46,235 nucleotides of DNA, taken from Marinobacter sp. Lineage in GTDB: Bacteria > Pseudomonadota > Gammaproteobacteria > Pseudomonadales > Oleiphilaceae. The position numbers and the translations under genes are program-made. The notes beneath the pieces were generated by a model. The model ran no database searches. It saw only the letters and a program-made list of their open reading frames with translations, and was not told where the DNA came from. Location: positions 1-46,235 of the forward strand of contig JBPEXK010000356.1 in NCBI GenBank assembly GCA_052031745.1, read 5' to 3'. Shown piece by piece: positions 9,203-18,053 of this stretch. How positions within the stretch are numbered: the first letter of the stretch is position 1; each line of letters opens with the position of its first letter.

Positions 9203-10111
9203 ATGCGTGTTGTCGTGGTGGTCAGTGCGGACAAGTCCGACATTTTCTTTGCCAATCAGCTCATGAGGGCACTCCCGGTTGTTGGCGTCGTGGTCGAGAA
9301 CCAGGTCCCTCTTCGGGATCGCTCACCGCTGATTGTCAAAGCGCTCAAATACATCACTCAGCCGCGGCTTTTCGTCCAGAAATCCCTCGACGTGATTGAT
9401 CGTAAATGGGTCGAGCCCAGGCAGGCCTACAATTCGCCTGAGAATTCCCTGGATTTTGGTGAAGAGGGGCGCGCTTTGAAGCCCCAAAAGGACGTGGCGG
9501 TTTGGTATACCCAGGGCGTCAACGATATCAATGCCCCGGAAAATTGCGCCTGGATTCGGGAAAGGCGCCCGGACGTAATTGCCGTTTGTGGCGCTTCGAT
9601 CATGAAAACGGAGCTGCTCGGAGTTCCCACACAAGGCGTACTGAACCTCCACGGCGGCCTGTCGCAGTTTTACCGTGGACTCTTCACCACCGACTGGGCG
9701 ATTCACAATCGGGAACCGGAGTGCGTCGGCGCCACGGTTCATTTTGTCTCCGAGGGCGTTGATGACGGCGATGTCGTCTATCAGGGCCGGCCTCAAATTG
9801 TGGCGGGCGACAACCCGAACACCCTCTATGCGAAAGTGGTGCGGCTCGGGGTCGAAATGATGGTGCAGGCAATTCGGGATATCGAGGCAGGCCGGTGTCA
9901 GGCCAGGCAGTTGGAAGCCAAGGGCCGCCTGTATCTCAACAGCCAGTTCGACAAGCATGCCAAGCGCGCTACCTGGAACCAATTGAACGAGGGGGTGATC
10001 GAGGACTACCTGGCTCAGAAGGCGAAGCGTGACGCGCCCGTGACGCAGGCGATGATCAACCCGTTCCGCGACCCGATTACCGATGCGAGCGAAATTCCGC
10101 TTCCGCTCTAA
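9203..10111 (+). CDS. N10-formyl-THF-dependent formyltransferase
   Basis: Catalytic motifs VLNLHGGLSQFYRG and GATVHFVSEGVDDGD. RBS GAGGAG/AAGGA upstream. Confidence 0.88.
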   Translation: MRVVVVVSADKSDIFFANQLMRALPVVGVVVENQVPLRDRSPLIVKALKYITQPRLFVQKSLDVIDRKWVEPRQAYNSPENSLDFGEEGRALKPQKDVAVWYTQGVNDINAPENCAWIRERRPDVIAVCGASIMKTELLGVPTQGVLNLHGGLSQFYRGLFTTDWAIHNREPECVGATVHFVSEGVDDGDVVYQGRPQIVAGDNPNTLYAKVVRLGVEMMVQAIRDIEAGRCQARQLEAKGRLYLNSQFDKHAKRATWNQLNEGVIEDYLAQKAKRDAPVTQAMINPFRDPITDASEIPLPL

Positions 10112-10112
10112 G

Positions 10113-11618
10113 CTAGGGACTGACGCTGCTCAGAAACTCCCGGAACGCTTGCCGTTGTAGTCCGCAAGAATCGATTTGGCCGCCATCGCAGCGGCCGGCC
10201 AGGGCCCACAATGCGCCACGGCTGTCGCCGCTGATCTTTTTGAGAGCGCCAACGAGTTTGGCCTCGATTCTCGAATCGGTGAGGTGGCCGCCAACCTCAT
10301 ACCAGGACCAGACAACCACCCGAGAGCGATCCTGAGGGCTCTCGATGATGGTTTCATTGACTGTCTCCGGGCTCAGGGCCGGGCCGCCTGGTAGGGACCG
10401 TTTCTGACTGGTGACCAGTTGCCAGCGAGTTTCGTGGAAGAGGCGGTTGCCGTAATACACCAGCTCTTTGTTCTGCCGCTGGTTACGGTAGCCGATAATC
10501 TGCAATTGCACCTGCTGTCGCTGATCCGACACGTACACGCCGCCGATGCTGAAATCCGCATTGGCATAATCAGGTTGCCAGACACTCGCATGCTTGAGCG
10601 GCCCATGCCAGCCTTCCGCGGCGTCCGTCAATTGTGGGTTCCAGGCCTGAGCGATCTGCCTGGTTTTACTTTCCATTGCCACGGCCAACAACGAAGGCCA
10701 TACCGCCAAAGCGGTCGCCAGAACTGGCCACATAAGCCATGAACGCTTTATTGCCGGACCTTCTGGCTTGGCGTTGTTTCCATCGGAATCAGGTTGTTCG
10801 GCGCTGGCTTCAAGGCGGGAGGCGAGGAAGAACAGGGGAATGAGTGTCAGCAAAACAAAAACAACCCAACCGAACAGCTCATGGTCTCTTACCAATGAGG
10901 TTTCCATGTTGGTGTAATGGCCGGCGGCGATTACGCCAAATACCCGCACCCAGTTGGCCAGCATGGATAGCAGGCCCGCGGCAACCACCAGCAGCGCTTT
11001 GGATCGGAAGTCTTGGTAGTAAAGCTGGCCATAAAACGCACCGAGAAACAGGGCGACCATCAGGTAACGCACACCACTGCAGCCGTCTTCCACCAGGAAA
11101 GCGCCAACCTCGAGCACGATCAGGAATTCGTTGATCGTGGCCTCAATGTCGGCAACCTTCAGGAACAGGGTATTGAAGAACACCGTTATGTGCTGCAGTA
11201 CCGGTGAGAAATCATCCCAGATAGGTACGGCGAACAGCAGCAGTAGAATTGGTCCCGCCGCGGTTTTCAGGAAGTCCCGGCCCCAGATCGACCAGCCCCA
11301 GAGCACGATAACAACCGGCGCCAGTAACAGACGGACAACGCGCACGTCCGCCGCCTGGGCAACGAGGAGAGTCACGCTGGCGCCGGCGAGCAACAGCAGG
11401 GCCAAAGCGGAGCCCTGAATGGATAGCTGCCTGAGAGCCTGTCGCCGCTGGTACAGCAGATACAGCACCCCAGCCAAAACCAGGTAACCATGGGTATAAA
11501 CAATAGAATCGCGCCACAGGCTGAAGAAGTCCTGCCACTCGGCCCAGAGCCCGAACAGAAGGACGGGCAAAAACACAAGGCCTAGATGGTGAGGGGAGAG
11601 CCTTACTAACGCACTCAT
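10113..11618 (-). CDS. xrtA: Exosortase A (EpsH) fused to C-terminal EpsI domain
   Basis: YTHGYLV, multiple TM helices and a Cys-Arg-His triad (DGCSGVRY, ANWVR, DHELFGW). Periplasmic EpsI part contains GYRNQRQNKELV and VWSWYEVGG...AKL. Downstream of prsKRT. Confidence 0.95.
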   Translation of the reverse strand: MSALVRLSPHHLGLVFLPVLLFGLWAEWQDFFSLWRDSIVYTHGYLVLAGVLYLLYQRRQALRQLSIQGSALALLLLAGASVTLLVAQAADVRVVRLLLAPVVIVLWGWSIWGRDFLKTAAGPILLLLFAVPIWDDFSPVLQHITVFFNTLFLKVADIEATINEFLIVLEVGAFLVEDGCSGVRYLMVALFLGAFYGQLYYQDFRSKALLVVAAGLLSMLANWVRVFGVIAAGHYTNMETSLVRDHELFGWVVFVLLTLIPLFFLASRLEASAEQPDSDGNNAKPEGPAIKRSWLMWPVLATALAVWPSLLAVAMESKTRQIAQAWNPQLTDAAEGWHGPLKHASVWQPDYANADFSIGGVYVSDQRQQVQLQIIGYRNQRQNKELVYYGNRLFHETRWQLVTSQKRSLPGGPALSPETVNETIIESPQDRSRVVVWSWYEVGGHLTDSRIEAKLVGALKKISGDSRGALWALAGRCDGGQIDSCGLQRQAFREFLSSVSP

Positions 11619-11624
11619 GAGTCT

Positions 11625-14327
11625 CTAGCCTTGCTCACCGAATTTTTCCAGGATCCGCTGAGCTGCCGAGTCCATACCAACCACACGATAGGCCTCCGCC
11701 AGGTGTCGAGCGATTTCTTCCGAGTCCGGCTGCAGTTCGTGGGCTTTCTCAAGCACCGGCACACTTTCTCGATGGTTGCCCGCCTTGAGCATGATCCAGC
11801 CATAGGTGTCGGCGATGGCTGCATTGTCCGGGCTCAACTGGTAGGCGCGTTCCGCCAACTCGATCGCCCGGGCATCATCGCCTTTGTGGTACAGCCAGGC
11901 CAGGTTGTTCAATACCACAGTGTTGTCGGGCATAGCAGCCAGAAGACGCTCATAATTGGCCCTGGCGCCATCTGTCTCGCCGGCGGACTGCTGCAGCAAG
12001 GCCAGATTGAGCCGCAGCTGGAGGTTCTCCGGCCGAGCCTCGAGTTCCTGCTTAAGGTAGGTGATTGCCTCCTGGGCATGGCCGGAGCGCTGCAGGTTCC
12101 GGACATAGCCGGTGATGATGTCGGTGGTCGAGGTTTTTTCCAATGCCTGGCGGAAGCGCTCGGCCGCCTGTTCGTATTGCCCTTCGCTTTCAAGAATCTC
12201 AGCTTCTGCCACCAGCGGGGCAGCGGAGTGAGGTTTTTGGGTCTTGGTGCGGTCGAGAATGGTCATGGCCAATTCAATGTCGCCCTGAATTGCCGAGTGC
12301 TTGGCCGCCTGGATGGTGACCCGCTCATCGTCCGGGAACAGCGCTTGAGCGCGCTGGAGCACGGCCGCTGAGGATTCTAACTGGCCATTCGCACGCAGGC
12401 GTTTGACGGCATTGCTGTAGATCCCGGCGACCATGTCCTCGTAGGGTGACGCCGTGACTTCGTCCGAACGCTCCAGCAGGGTAGCGGTCAACTGGTCGGC
12501 TTCCTCGGTGTGGTTATTCAGCAAGGCGATTTCCAGCAGGATCAGCCTGGGTCGGCTGGCTTCCGGGTGAGACGCCACAACTTTCTGCAGAAACGTTCTG
12601 GCCTCTTCCTGATTCTGCAGGGAGAGCAGGCCTTGCAGCGCCGGGCCGTGTTCCGGTGCCAGCTCTACCGCTTCCTGGAAATGGTTCAGAGCGGCCGATC
12701 GTTCACCTTGCACCAGTGCCAGTTGCCCCATCGCAATGAGCGGCTCGACGGCTTTGGGGCTTTTCTCCCGAGCCATATCGAAAAACTGCTGAGCCTGTTC
12801 AGGTTTGTCCCCGGTCAGGGCCAGATTCCCCCGGGCCATCCAGGCACTCAGGTTGGCCTCGTCTTCCTTGATCCAGCTATCGGCCGTGGCGATCGCCACC
12901 TTCATGTCACCCGATTGCACCTGAGCCTGAATGAGCGCCTGGCGAGCTTCATTAAGTTTCGGCGCCTGTTCCCGCACCTCCATTATCTGTGCGATGGCGC
13001 GCTGGTGCTCGTTCCTTTGGCTCAGGTAACTGGCATAGCGCAGGCGCAGCGCGTGATTGTCCGGATTCAGGGAGAGTGCCTTTTCCATCAGCGCTTCGCC
13101 GGTTGCCTGCTCGCCGCTCTCAAGCGCCGCGATGGCCACCAGCGTCAGGATTTCGGGGTCCGAATCGCCATTATCCAAGCCCGCCAGGGTGGTCTGGGCG
13201 CCCTGGGCGTCGCCCATTTGAAGCATAGTGGCGGCCAGCATTTTGCTGGCAATCTCCGAATCACCTTTGCCTGCAATGGGCGCCAGTAGGGCTTGCGCTT
13301 CCTGCGGCCGACCCTGGCGGAACCTCACTAGCCCGAGCATCAGCACCGATTGCTCGTGCTCGGGGGCCTGGGCCAGCACCTCATTGAGGTAGCGCTCCGC
13401 TTTCAGCAGTTCGTTATTCCGCAGCGCTTCTTCGGCTGCCATCAAGCTGCTTCGAATTTTCCCCGGCGGTGATTTCGCAAGGATTTCCTCATACACGAAG
13501 GCCTCGGAAAACTTGCTCTGGGCGCGCAGCACGCTAATAAGAGCTGAAATGGTGGTGTATTTTCGCGCGGTCATGACATCGTACTGGCCGATGTCCTCCA
13601 GAGCCCGAATATAGGATTCCTCGGCACGCTCCCAATTCTCGCTCAGATGGGCAAGTTGGGCTTTCCAGAGCCACAACTCGGAATGGTCCGGGTTCAGCTC
13701 TTCCGCTTTGGCCAGCCATTCGCGAGCGACATCCTCTTGTTCCCGGGCCAGGGCGATCTTGGACAGGCCGACCATGGCCTCGATGGACCCTTGGCCGGAA
13801 TCGGCCCTGCCTTGGAAAGCGTCTTCCGCCTCATCCAGGTTTCCGGCCGCGAGGTGAATCTGGCCGCGCAGCAAACCGGCCTGTTCCCTGACGTCTTCCG
13901 ACGGCGATTGGATTTGCTCCAGGGCCGCCATGGCGTCAGCGTGTTTGCCCTGGCGGAGCCGGGCCTTAGCCAGGATCAGATTGGCCCGGTTGGTTATGGC
14001 CGGACCGAACTCGGAGGCCGACGTCTCGGCCATGAGTCGCTTCACCTGGCGTTCCGCGTTGACGGCATCGCCCGCGGTGAGCAGGTTGTCGATGATCACG
14101 AAATACGGTTCGATTTTCTCCGGCTGCAGTTCAATAGCGTTCCTGGCCTCCAGCGTGCTCGCCTTCAACTCGCCCTGGCGTTGGTAGAACCGGGACTGGT
14201 CGAGATGACTCAGGTATTGAATGTCCTTTTTGCTCATGTCCTCGCTGCCACTGTCGCTGCAGCCGGCGAGTGAAATGGCGAAGAGCAAGGGAAGGAGAGA
14301 GGAGCGAACTGCTACCGCTGATTTCAT
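11625..14327 (-). CDS. prsT: PEP-CTERM system TPR lipoprotein PrsT-like
   Basis: Lipobox ISLAGC, about 900 aa of TPR repeats, C-terminal LNNLAWLY...AIADTYGWIM. Lies between prsR and xrtA. Confidence 0.88.
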   Translation of the reverse strand: MKSAVAVRSSLLPLLFAISLAGCSDSGSEDMSKKDIQYLSHLDQSRFYQRQGELKASTLEARNAIELQPEKIEPYFVIIDNLLTAGDAVNAERQVKRLMAETSASEFGPAITNRANLILAKARLRQGKHADAMAALEQIQSPSEDVREQAGLLRGQIHLAAGNLDEAEDAFQGRADSGQGSIEAMVGLSKIALAREQEDVAREWLAKAEELNPDHSELWLWKAQLAHLSENWERAEESYIRALEDIGQYDVMTARKYTTISALISVLRAQSKFSEAFVYEEILAKSPPGKIRSSLMAAEEALRNNELLKAERYLNEVLAQAPEHEQSVLMLGLVRFRQGRPQEAQALLAPIAGKGDSEIASKMLAATMLQMGDAQGAQTTLAGLDNGDSDPEILTLVAIAALESGEQATGEALMEKALSLNPDNHALRLRYASYLSQRNEHQRAIAQIMEVREQAPKLNEARQALIQAQVQSGDMKVAIATADSWIKEDEANLSAWMARGNLALTGDKPEQAQQFFDMAREKSPKAVEPLIAMGQLALVQGERSAALNHFQEAVELAPEHGPALQGLLSLQNQEEARTFLQKVVASHPEASRPRLILLEIALLNNHTEEADQLTATLLERSDEVTASPYEDMVAGIYSNAVKRLRANGQLESSAAVLQRAQALFPDDERVTIQAAKHSAIQGDIELAMTILDRTKTQKPHSAAPLVAEAEILESEGQYEQAAERFRQALEKTSTTDIITGYVRNLQRSGHAQEAITYLKQELEARPENLQLRLNLALLQQSAGETDGARANYERLLAAMPDNTVVLNNLAWLYHKGDDARAIELAERAYQLSPDNAAIADTYGWIMLKAGNHRESVPVLEKAHELQPDSEEIARHLAEAYRVVGMDSAAQRILEKFGEQG

Positions 14328-14369
14328 GGCCCTGTTCCTTTTGGGGTCTTATTATAAACGTCCGATTGT

Positions 14370-15743
14370 TCAGGTTTTCGCCGGTTCGGCCGAGGTTTCG
14401 ATCCGGTATTTATCGGTTAGATTGTACAGCGTGGGGCGCGTGACACCCAGCAGACGGGAGGTCTGCGCGATATTGAAATTACAGGTTTGCAGGGCCTGGA
14501 GAATAGCCTGGCGTTCGGCATTCTCGCGCACCTGACGGAGATTGAGCTGGTGGTCCCTGGCGCTGTGTTCGCTCGGGAGCTCCAGGTCTTCCGCGGTGAC
14601 GCGTTTGCCATCTGCCATGATCGTGGCCCGCTTGATCTTGTTGATCATCTCACGCACATTGCCGGGCCAGGAGTAGGCGTTGATGGCATCGACGGCATCT
14701 TCAGAAAAGCACAGGCCCGGCCGATCCATCTGTTTTCCGAGCGTTTTCAGCAAGGATTGGGCGATAACCGCGGCGTCGCCTTCGCGGTCTCGAACCGCCG
14801 GTACATCCAGGGTGATCTCGCTGATGCGGTAGTACAGGTCCTCCCGGAAATCGCCGCTGTCGATCAGCGCCTTCACGTCCCTGTGGGTAGCGCAGACCAC
14901 CCGGACATCCACCGGAATTGGCTGCACCGATCCCACCCGATCAACCACCCGTTCCTGTAGGAAACGGAGCAGCTTAGCCTGCAGGGCCATCGGCATGTCG
15001 CCGATTTCATCGAGGAAAAGCGTGCCGCCATTGGCGCTCTCGATTTTTCCTTTTTTCGAATGGGTGGCCCCGGTGAAGGAACCCTTCTCGAAACCAAACA
15101 GTTCGCTTTCGAGCAGGTTTTCCGGGATGGCGGCGCAGTTAATGGCGGCGAACGGCTTGCGCCCGCGATGGCTCAGATCGTGAATGGCTCGGGCCAGAAC
15201 TTCCTTGCCGGTACCGGTTTCACCGGTGATCAGGGTGGTAACGTCGGTTGGAGCGACTTTTTCCAGGGTTCGGCAGATGGCCAACATTTGTGGACTGGCG
15301 GCGACTATGCCCTTGATGTTGGTGCCGTTGCGTTGATGGGTCAGGTCCTGGTTTTCCCGCTCCAGCTCGGACAACCGGAAGGCCCGGTGCACCACAAAGG
15401 TGAGGATTTCTGCGTCCAGGGGTTTCTGGTAGAAATCGCAGGCGCCCATGCCGATGGCTTTGACGGCGTTTTCCTTGTCTTCACGCCCGGTCACCACGAT
15501 GACTTTGGTCATCGGCGCGAGGCGCAGGATTTCTTCCAACAGGGCAAAGCCCTCGGTGGCACCGCCGGCATCTGGGGGCAAGCCCAGGTCGAGAGTGACA
15601 ACGTCGGGCTCGACCCGCCTCAATGCGGCCAGTGCGGAATCCCGGTCGGACGCGAGGGTAATGTCCAGATCCTCGCTGAAGCACCAGCGCATCTGGCTCT
15701 GGAGCCCCGGGTCATCCTCTACGATTAAGAGTTTTCTAGTCAC
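14370..15743 (-). CDS. prsR: PEP-CTERM-box sigma54-dependent response regulator PrsR
   Basis: Receiver LLIVEDD...VVTLDLGLPPD; AAA+ GETGTGKE, ESELFG, GSFTGA, FLDEIGD, WPGNVRE; Fis-type HTH LGVTRPTLY. GTG start. Confidence 0.95.
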   Translation of the reverse strand: MTRKLLIVEDDPGLQSQMRWCFSEDLDITLASDRDSALAALRRVEPDVVTLDLGLPPDAGGATEGFALLEEILRLAPMTKVIVVTGREDKENAVKAIGMGACDFYQKPLDAEILTFVVHRAFRLSELERENQDLTHQRNGTNIKGIVAASPQMLAICRTLEKVAPTDVTTLITGETGTGKEVLARAIHDLSHRGRKPFAAINCAAIPENLLESELFGFEKGSFTGATHSKKGKIESANGGTLFLDEIGDMPMALQAKLLRFLQERVVDRVGSVQPIPVDVRVVCATHRDVKALIDSGDFREDLYYRISEITLDVPAVRDREGDAAVIAQSLLKTLGKQMDRPGLCFSEDAVDAINAYSWPGNVREMINKIKRATIMADGKRVTAEDLELPSEHSARDHQLNLRQVRENAERQAILQALQTCNFNIAQTSRLLGVTRPTLYNLTDKYRIETSAEPAKT

Positions 15744-15876
15744 GCCGAAAACAGTTCCCTGTCAAACTTCTTGTGTGGTTGGCAGCAGCGATGCTCCAAC
15801 GGTTTCCCTTCTTAGATTTTTAACTGAACATTGACGCTTTGCAATGCCAAGTCCAAATCTTAATCGGAAACGACTA

Positions 15877-18003
15877 CTAATTGGCGTTTTCCCGCCGCTG
15901 AGGGGGTAAATCCTCGAGTGGTTCCGGGCTCGGGATCTTATCTTCAGCCGCCAGGGGGAATTGAACCGTGAAACAGGAACCTACCCCCGGTTCACTGGTG
16001 ACATCGATATTGCCACCCAGCTTTTTCACATACTCTCGCGCCTGGAAGGCGCCGATTCCCATCCCGGTGATGCCCTTGGTGCTCTCGAAGGGCTTGAATA
16101 GCTGGCAGTTGATGAATTCCTGGCTCATGCCGGAGCCGGAGTCGTGGATGAACAGCACGACGTTGCCCTTGGCGATTTTCAGGGACAGGGTGATCTCGCC
16201 ATCCGCCGGCGTCGCGTCCTGGGCATTTTGGATCAGATGCCCCAGCACACTGCGCAACTGCTCCTCGTCGGCGCAGATCCAGGCTTGCGGTGGGGTGCCC
16301 TGCAGCCGGGGTGCAGGTCGATACTGCGCGTAGTAGTCCAGCAGGCTAACCACCAGTTGGGTCAGGTCGAGGACCCGGTGCTCGCTTTCGTCGTCACCGG
16401 AGGGCCGGCGCATATGCTCCACCAGGTTCGACATCTTGCGCACCGCGTGATCAGTGGTGTTGATCATGTCATCAATAAAAGCGGGGTTGTGCCGGTGCTT
16501 GGAAGCGTTGGTGACCAGCAGCGACAACTGGGAGATTACGGTTTTCAGGTCGTGCACCATGAATGCCGAGGCCTTGCTGACCGCCTCGAACTGCATGGCG
16601 CGGGAAAGCCGGTGCTGGGCATCGGACTGGGCCAGGAGGTTGCAGGTTTGTCGTGCGACCACTTTGATCAGGTCGAAATTCTCCCAGTTCAGCTCCACGC
16701 GGGCGTAGGGGGTACCTATCATGGCGATGCCGTACAGCTCGTTGTCCAGATAAAGGGGTATAACCAGCCAGGCTTCCGGAATCTTGGCGATGGCCTCGGG
16801 CAACTCCACCAGCTCGTAAAGCAGGGGATCCTCACGGTATTCCTGGAGATCCACAACCCATTCCTTGCGGGCGAAAAACCGGACAAGTTCCGCGTCCGCT
16901 TCGATGTCGGTGTATTTGGGAAGGGGAGTGTTCACCGCGGCTTTCAGGGTAAAAAAGCCCCGGTCGTCCCGAAGCCAGATCGCGCCGGAATTGCTTTCGA
17001 CCAGCCCGGCCAGTATTCGGGTTACCCGCTCAGGGAGCGGCGGATTATCGCTCAGGTCTGATAGCTCCCGGGTCATCTTGAGCCACTGTTCCCGGTAATC
17101 GTATTTGTAATCGAAGAAATTCTGGCTGATCAGCACCATCAGCTTTGCGCGGATGCGCCGGGAAAGCACCAGCGTTGCCAAAAAGGCCAGCGAAATCGTA
17201 AAGAACAGAACCTGCAGCGCGTCCCCCCAGTCTCCGCCGAGGACCCGGACGTAGTAGCCACCGATGGCCAGGCACAGCAGGTAGCCGCCCGCAAACACCA
17301 GAGTGCCGGCGTGGAACACCGCAGCCCGGGACAGTTGAAAATCCACCGGCTGCTTGCGGGTGTTGATGACGTTGATGGCAAACAGCGGCACCAGTAGCGC
17401 ATTGACGAAGCCGCGGGCGTTCCAGAAAGATTCAGACACCTGGCCGAACAAGAGGGCGTCCGCGTACATGAAGAAATCGAAGGCGAACAGGGTGGCGATG
17501 GCAATGCACAGGTACTTGATGCTGGACCGACCAAAGCCCGGGGAGTTGCGCCAGATTTGCTCGACCAGCGACAGGCCGAGCAGGGTCAGGGCGATCTGAC
17601 CCAAAAGCCGGGTCTTGCCGCTGAGGATGGACACGCCGAAAACGTACTCAAGCATGCCGAAGCCGGCCAGCAGCACCAGCAGAGCAACGGTGGATATACC
17701 AAGAATATGCTTCAGTTGCCCGGTCAGGCTGCCCTGGTTGAAGGACGTTCGCAGCATCGCGAACAGCAGCAGGATCCAGGCGCTGTACCGCAGCAGTTCA
17801 AGCAGGTAGCGGATAAAGAAGCTGGGAAAGCCCCACAGGCTCTGGGAAATCAGGGCGGAGGACCAGAGAGTGGTGACAATCGCCGCCAGGAACAAAGCGC
17901 GGTCAACGTCCCTGCGAACGTACCGTGTTGCCACGAGCACTGACAACAGCCCAAAGGTAAGGGCTGCCGCCACGTGGCTGATCACACTGAAATCACTTAG
18001 CAT
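15877..18003 (-). CDS. prsK: PEP-CTERM system histidine kinase PrsK
   Basis: N-terminal multi-TM region, NFFDYKYDYREQWL, GAF domain, H-box VHDLK, N-box HLIQNAQDA, DSGSGM, PFESTK, GMGIG. Confidence 0.95.
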   Translation of the reverse strand: MLSDFSVISHVAAALTFGLLSVLVATRYVRRDVDRALFLAAIVTTLWSSALISQSLWGFPSFFIRYLLELLRYSAWILLLFAMLRTSFNQGSLTGQLKHILGISTVALLVLLAGFGMLEYVFGVSILSGKTRLLGQIALTLLGLSLVEQIWRNSPGFGRSSIKYLCIAIATLFAFDFFMYADALLFGQVSESFWNARGFVNALLVPLFAINVINTRKQPVDFQLSRAAVFHAGTLVFAGGYLLCLAIGGYYVRVLGGDWGDALQVLFFTISLAFLATLVLSRRIRAKLMVLISQNFFDYKYDYREQWLKMTRELSDLSDNPPLPERVTRILAGLVESNSGAIWLRDDRGFFTLKAAVNTPLPKYTDIEADAELVRFFARKEWVVDLQEYREDPLLYELVELPEAIAKIPEAWLVIPLYLDNELYGIAMIGTPYARVELNWENFDLIKVVARQTCNLLAQSDAQHRLSRAMQFEAVSKASAFMVHDLKTVISQLSLLVTNASKHRHNPAFIDDMINTTDHAVRKMSNLVEHMRRPSGDDESEHRVLDLTQLVVSLLDYYAQYRPAPRLQGTPPQAWICADEEQLRSVLGHLIQNAQDATPADGEITLSLKIAKGNVVLFIHDSGSGMSQEFINCQLFKPFESTKGITGMGIGAFQAREYVKKLGGNIDVTSEPGVGSCFTVQFPLAAEDKIPSPEPLEDLPPQRRENAN

Positions 18004-18053
18004 CGCTCGCGTCCTGCGTACGTAACCGCTAATCCCTGACGGTTGGACCCGCG

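Noticed and set aside
15065-15085. GSFTGA instead of GAFTGA in PrsR
   Set aside because: A known variant in functional sigma54 activators, so not evidence of inactivation.
15744-15876. Possible sigma54 promoter between prsK and prsR
   Set aside because: TTGGCATTGCAAAGCG has GG-N9-GC spacing, not the required N10.
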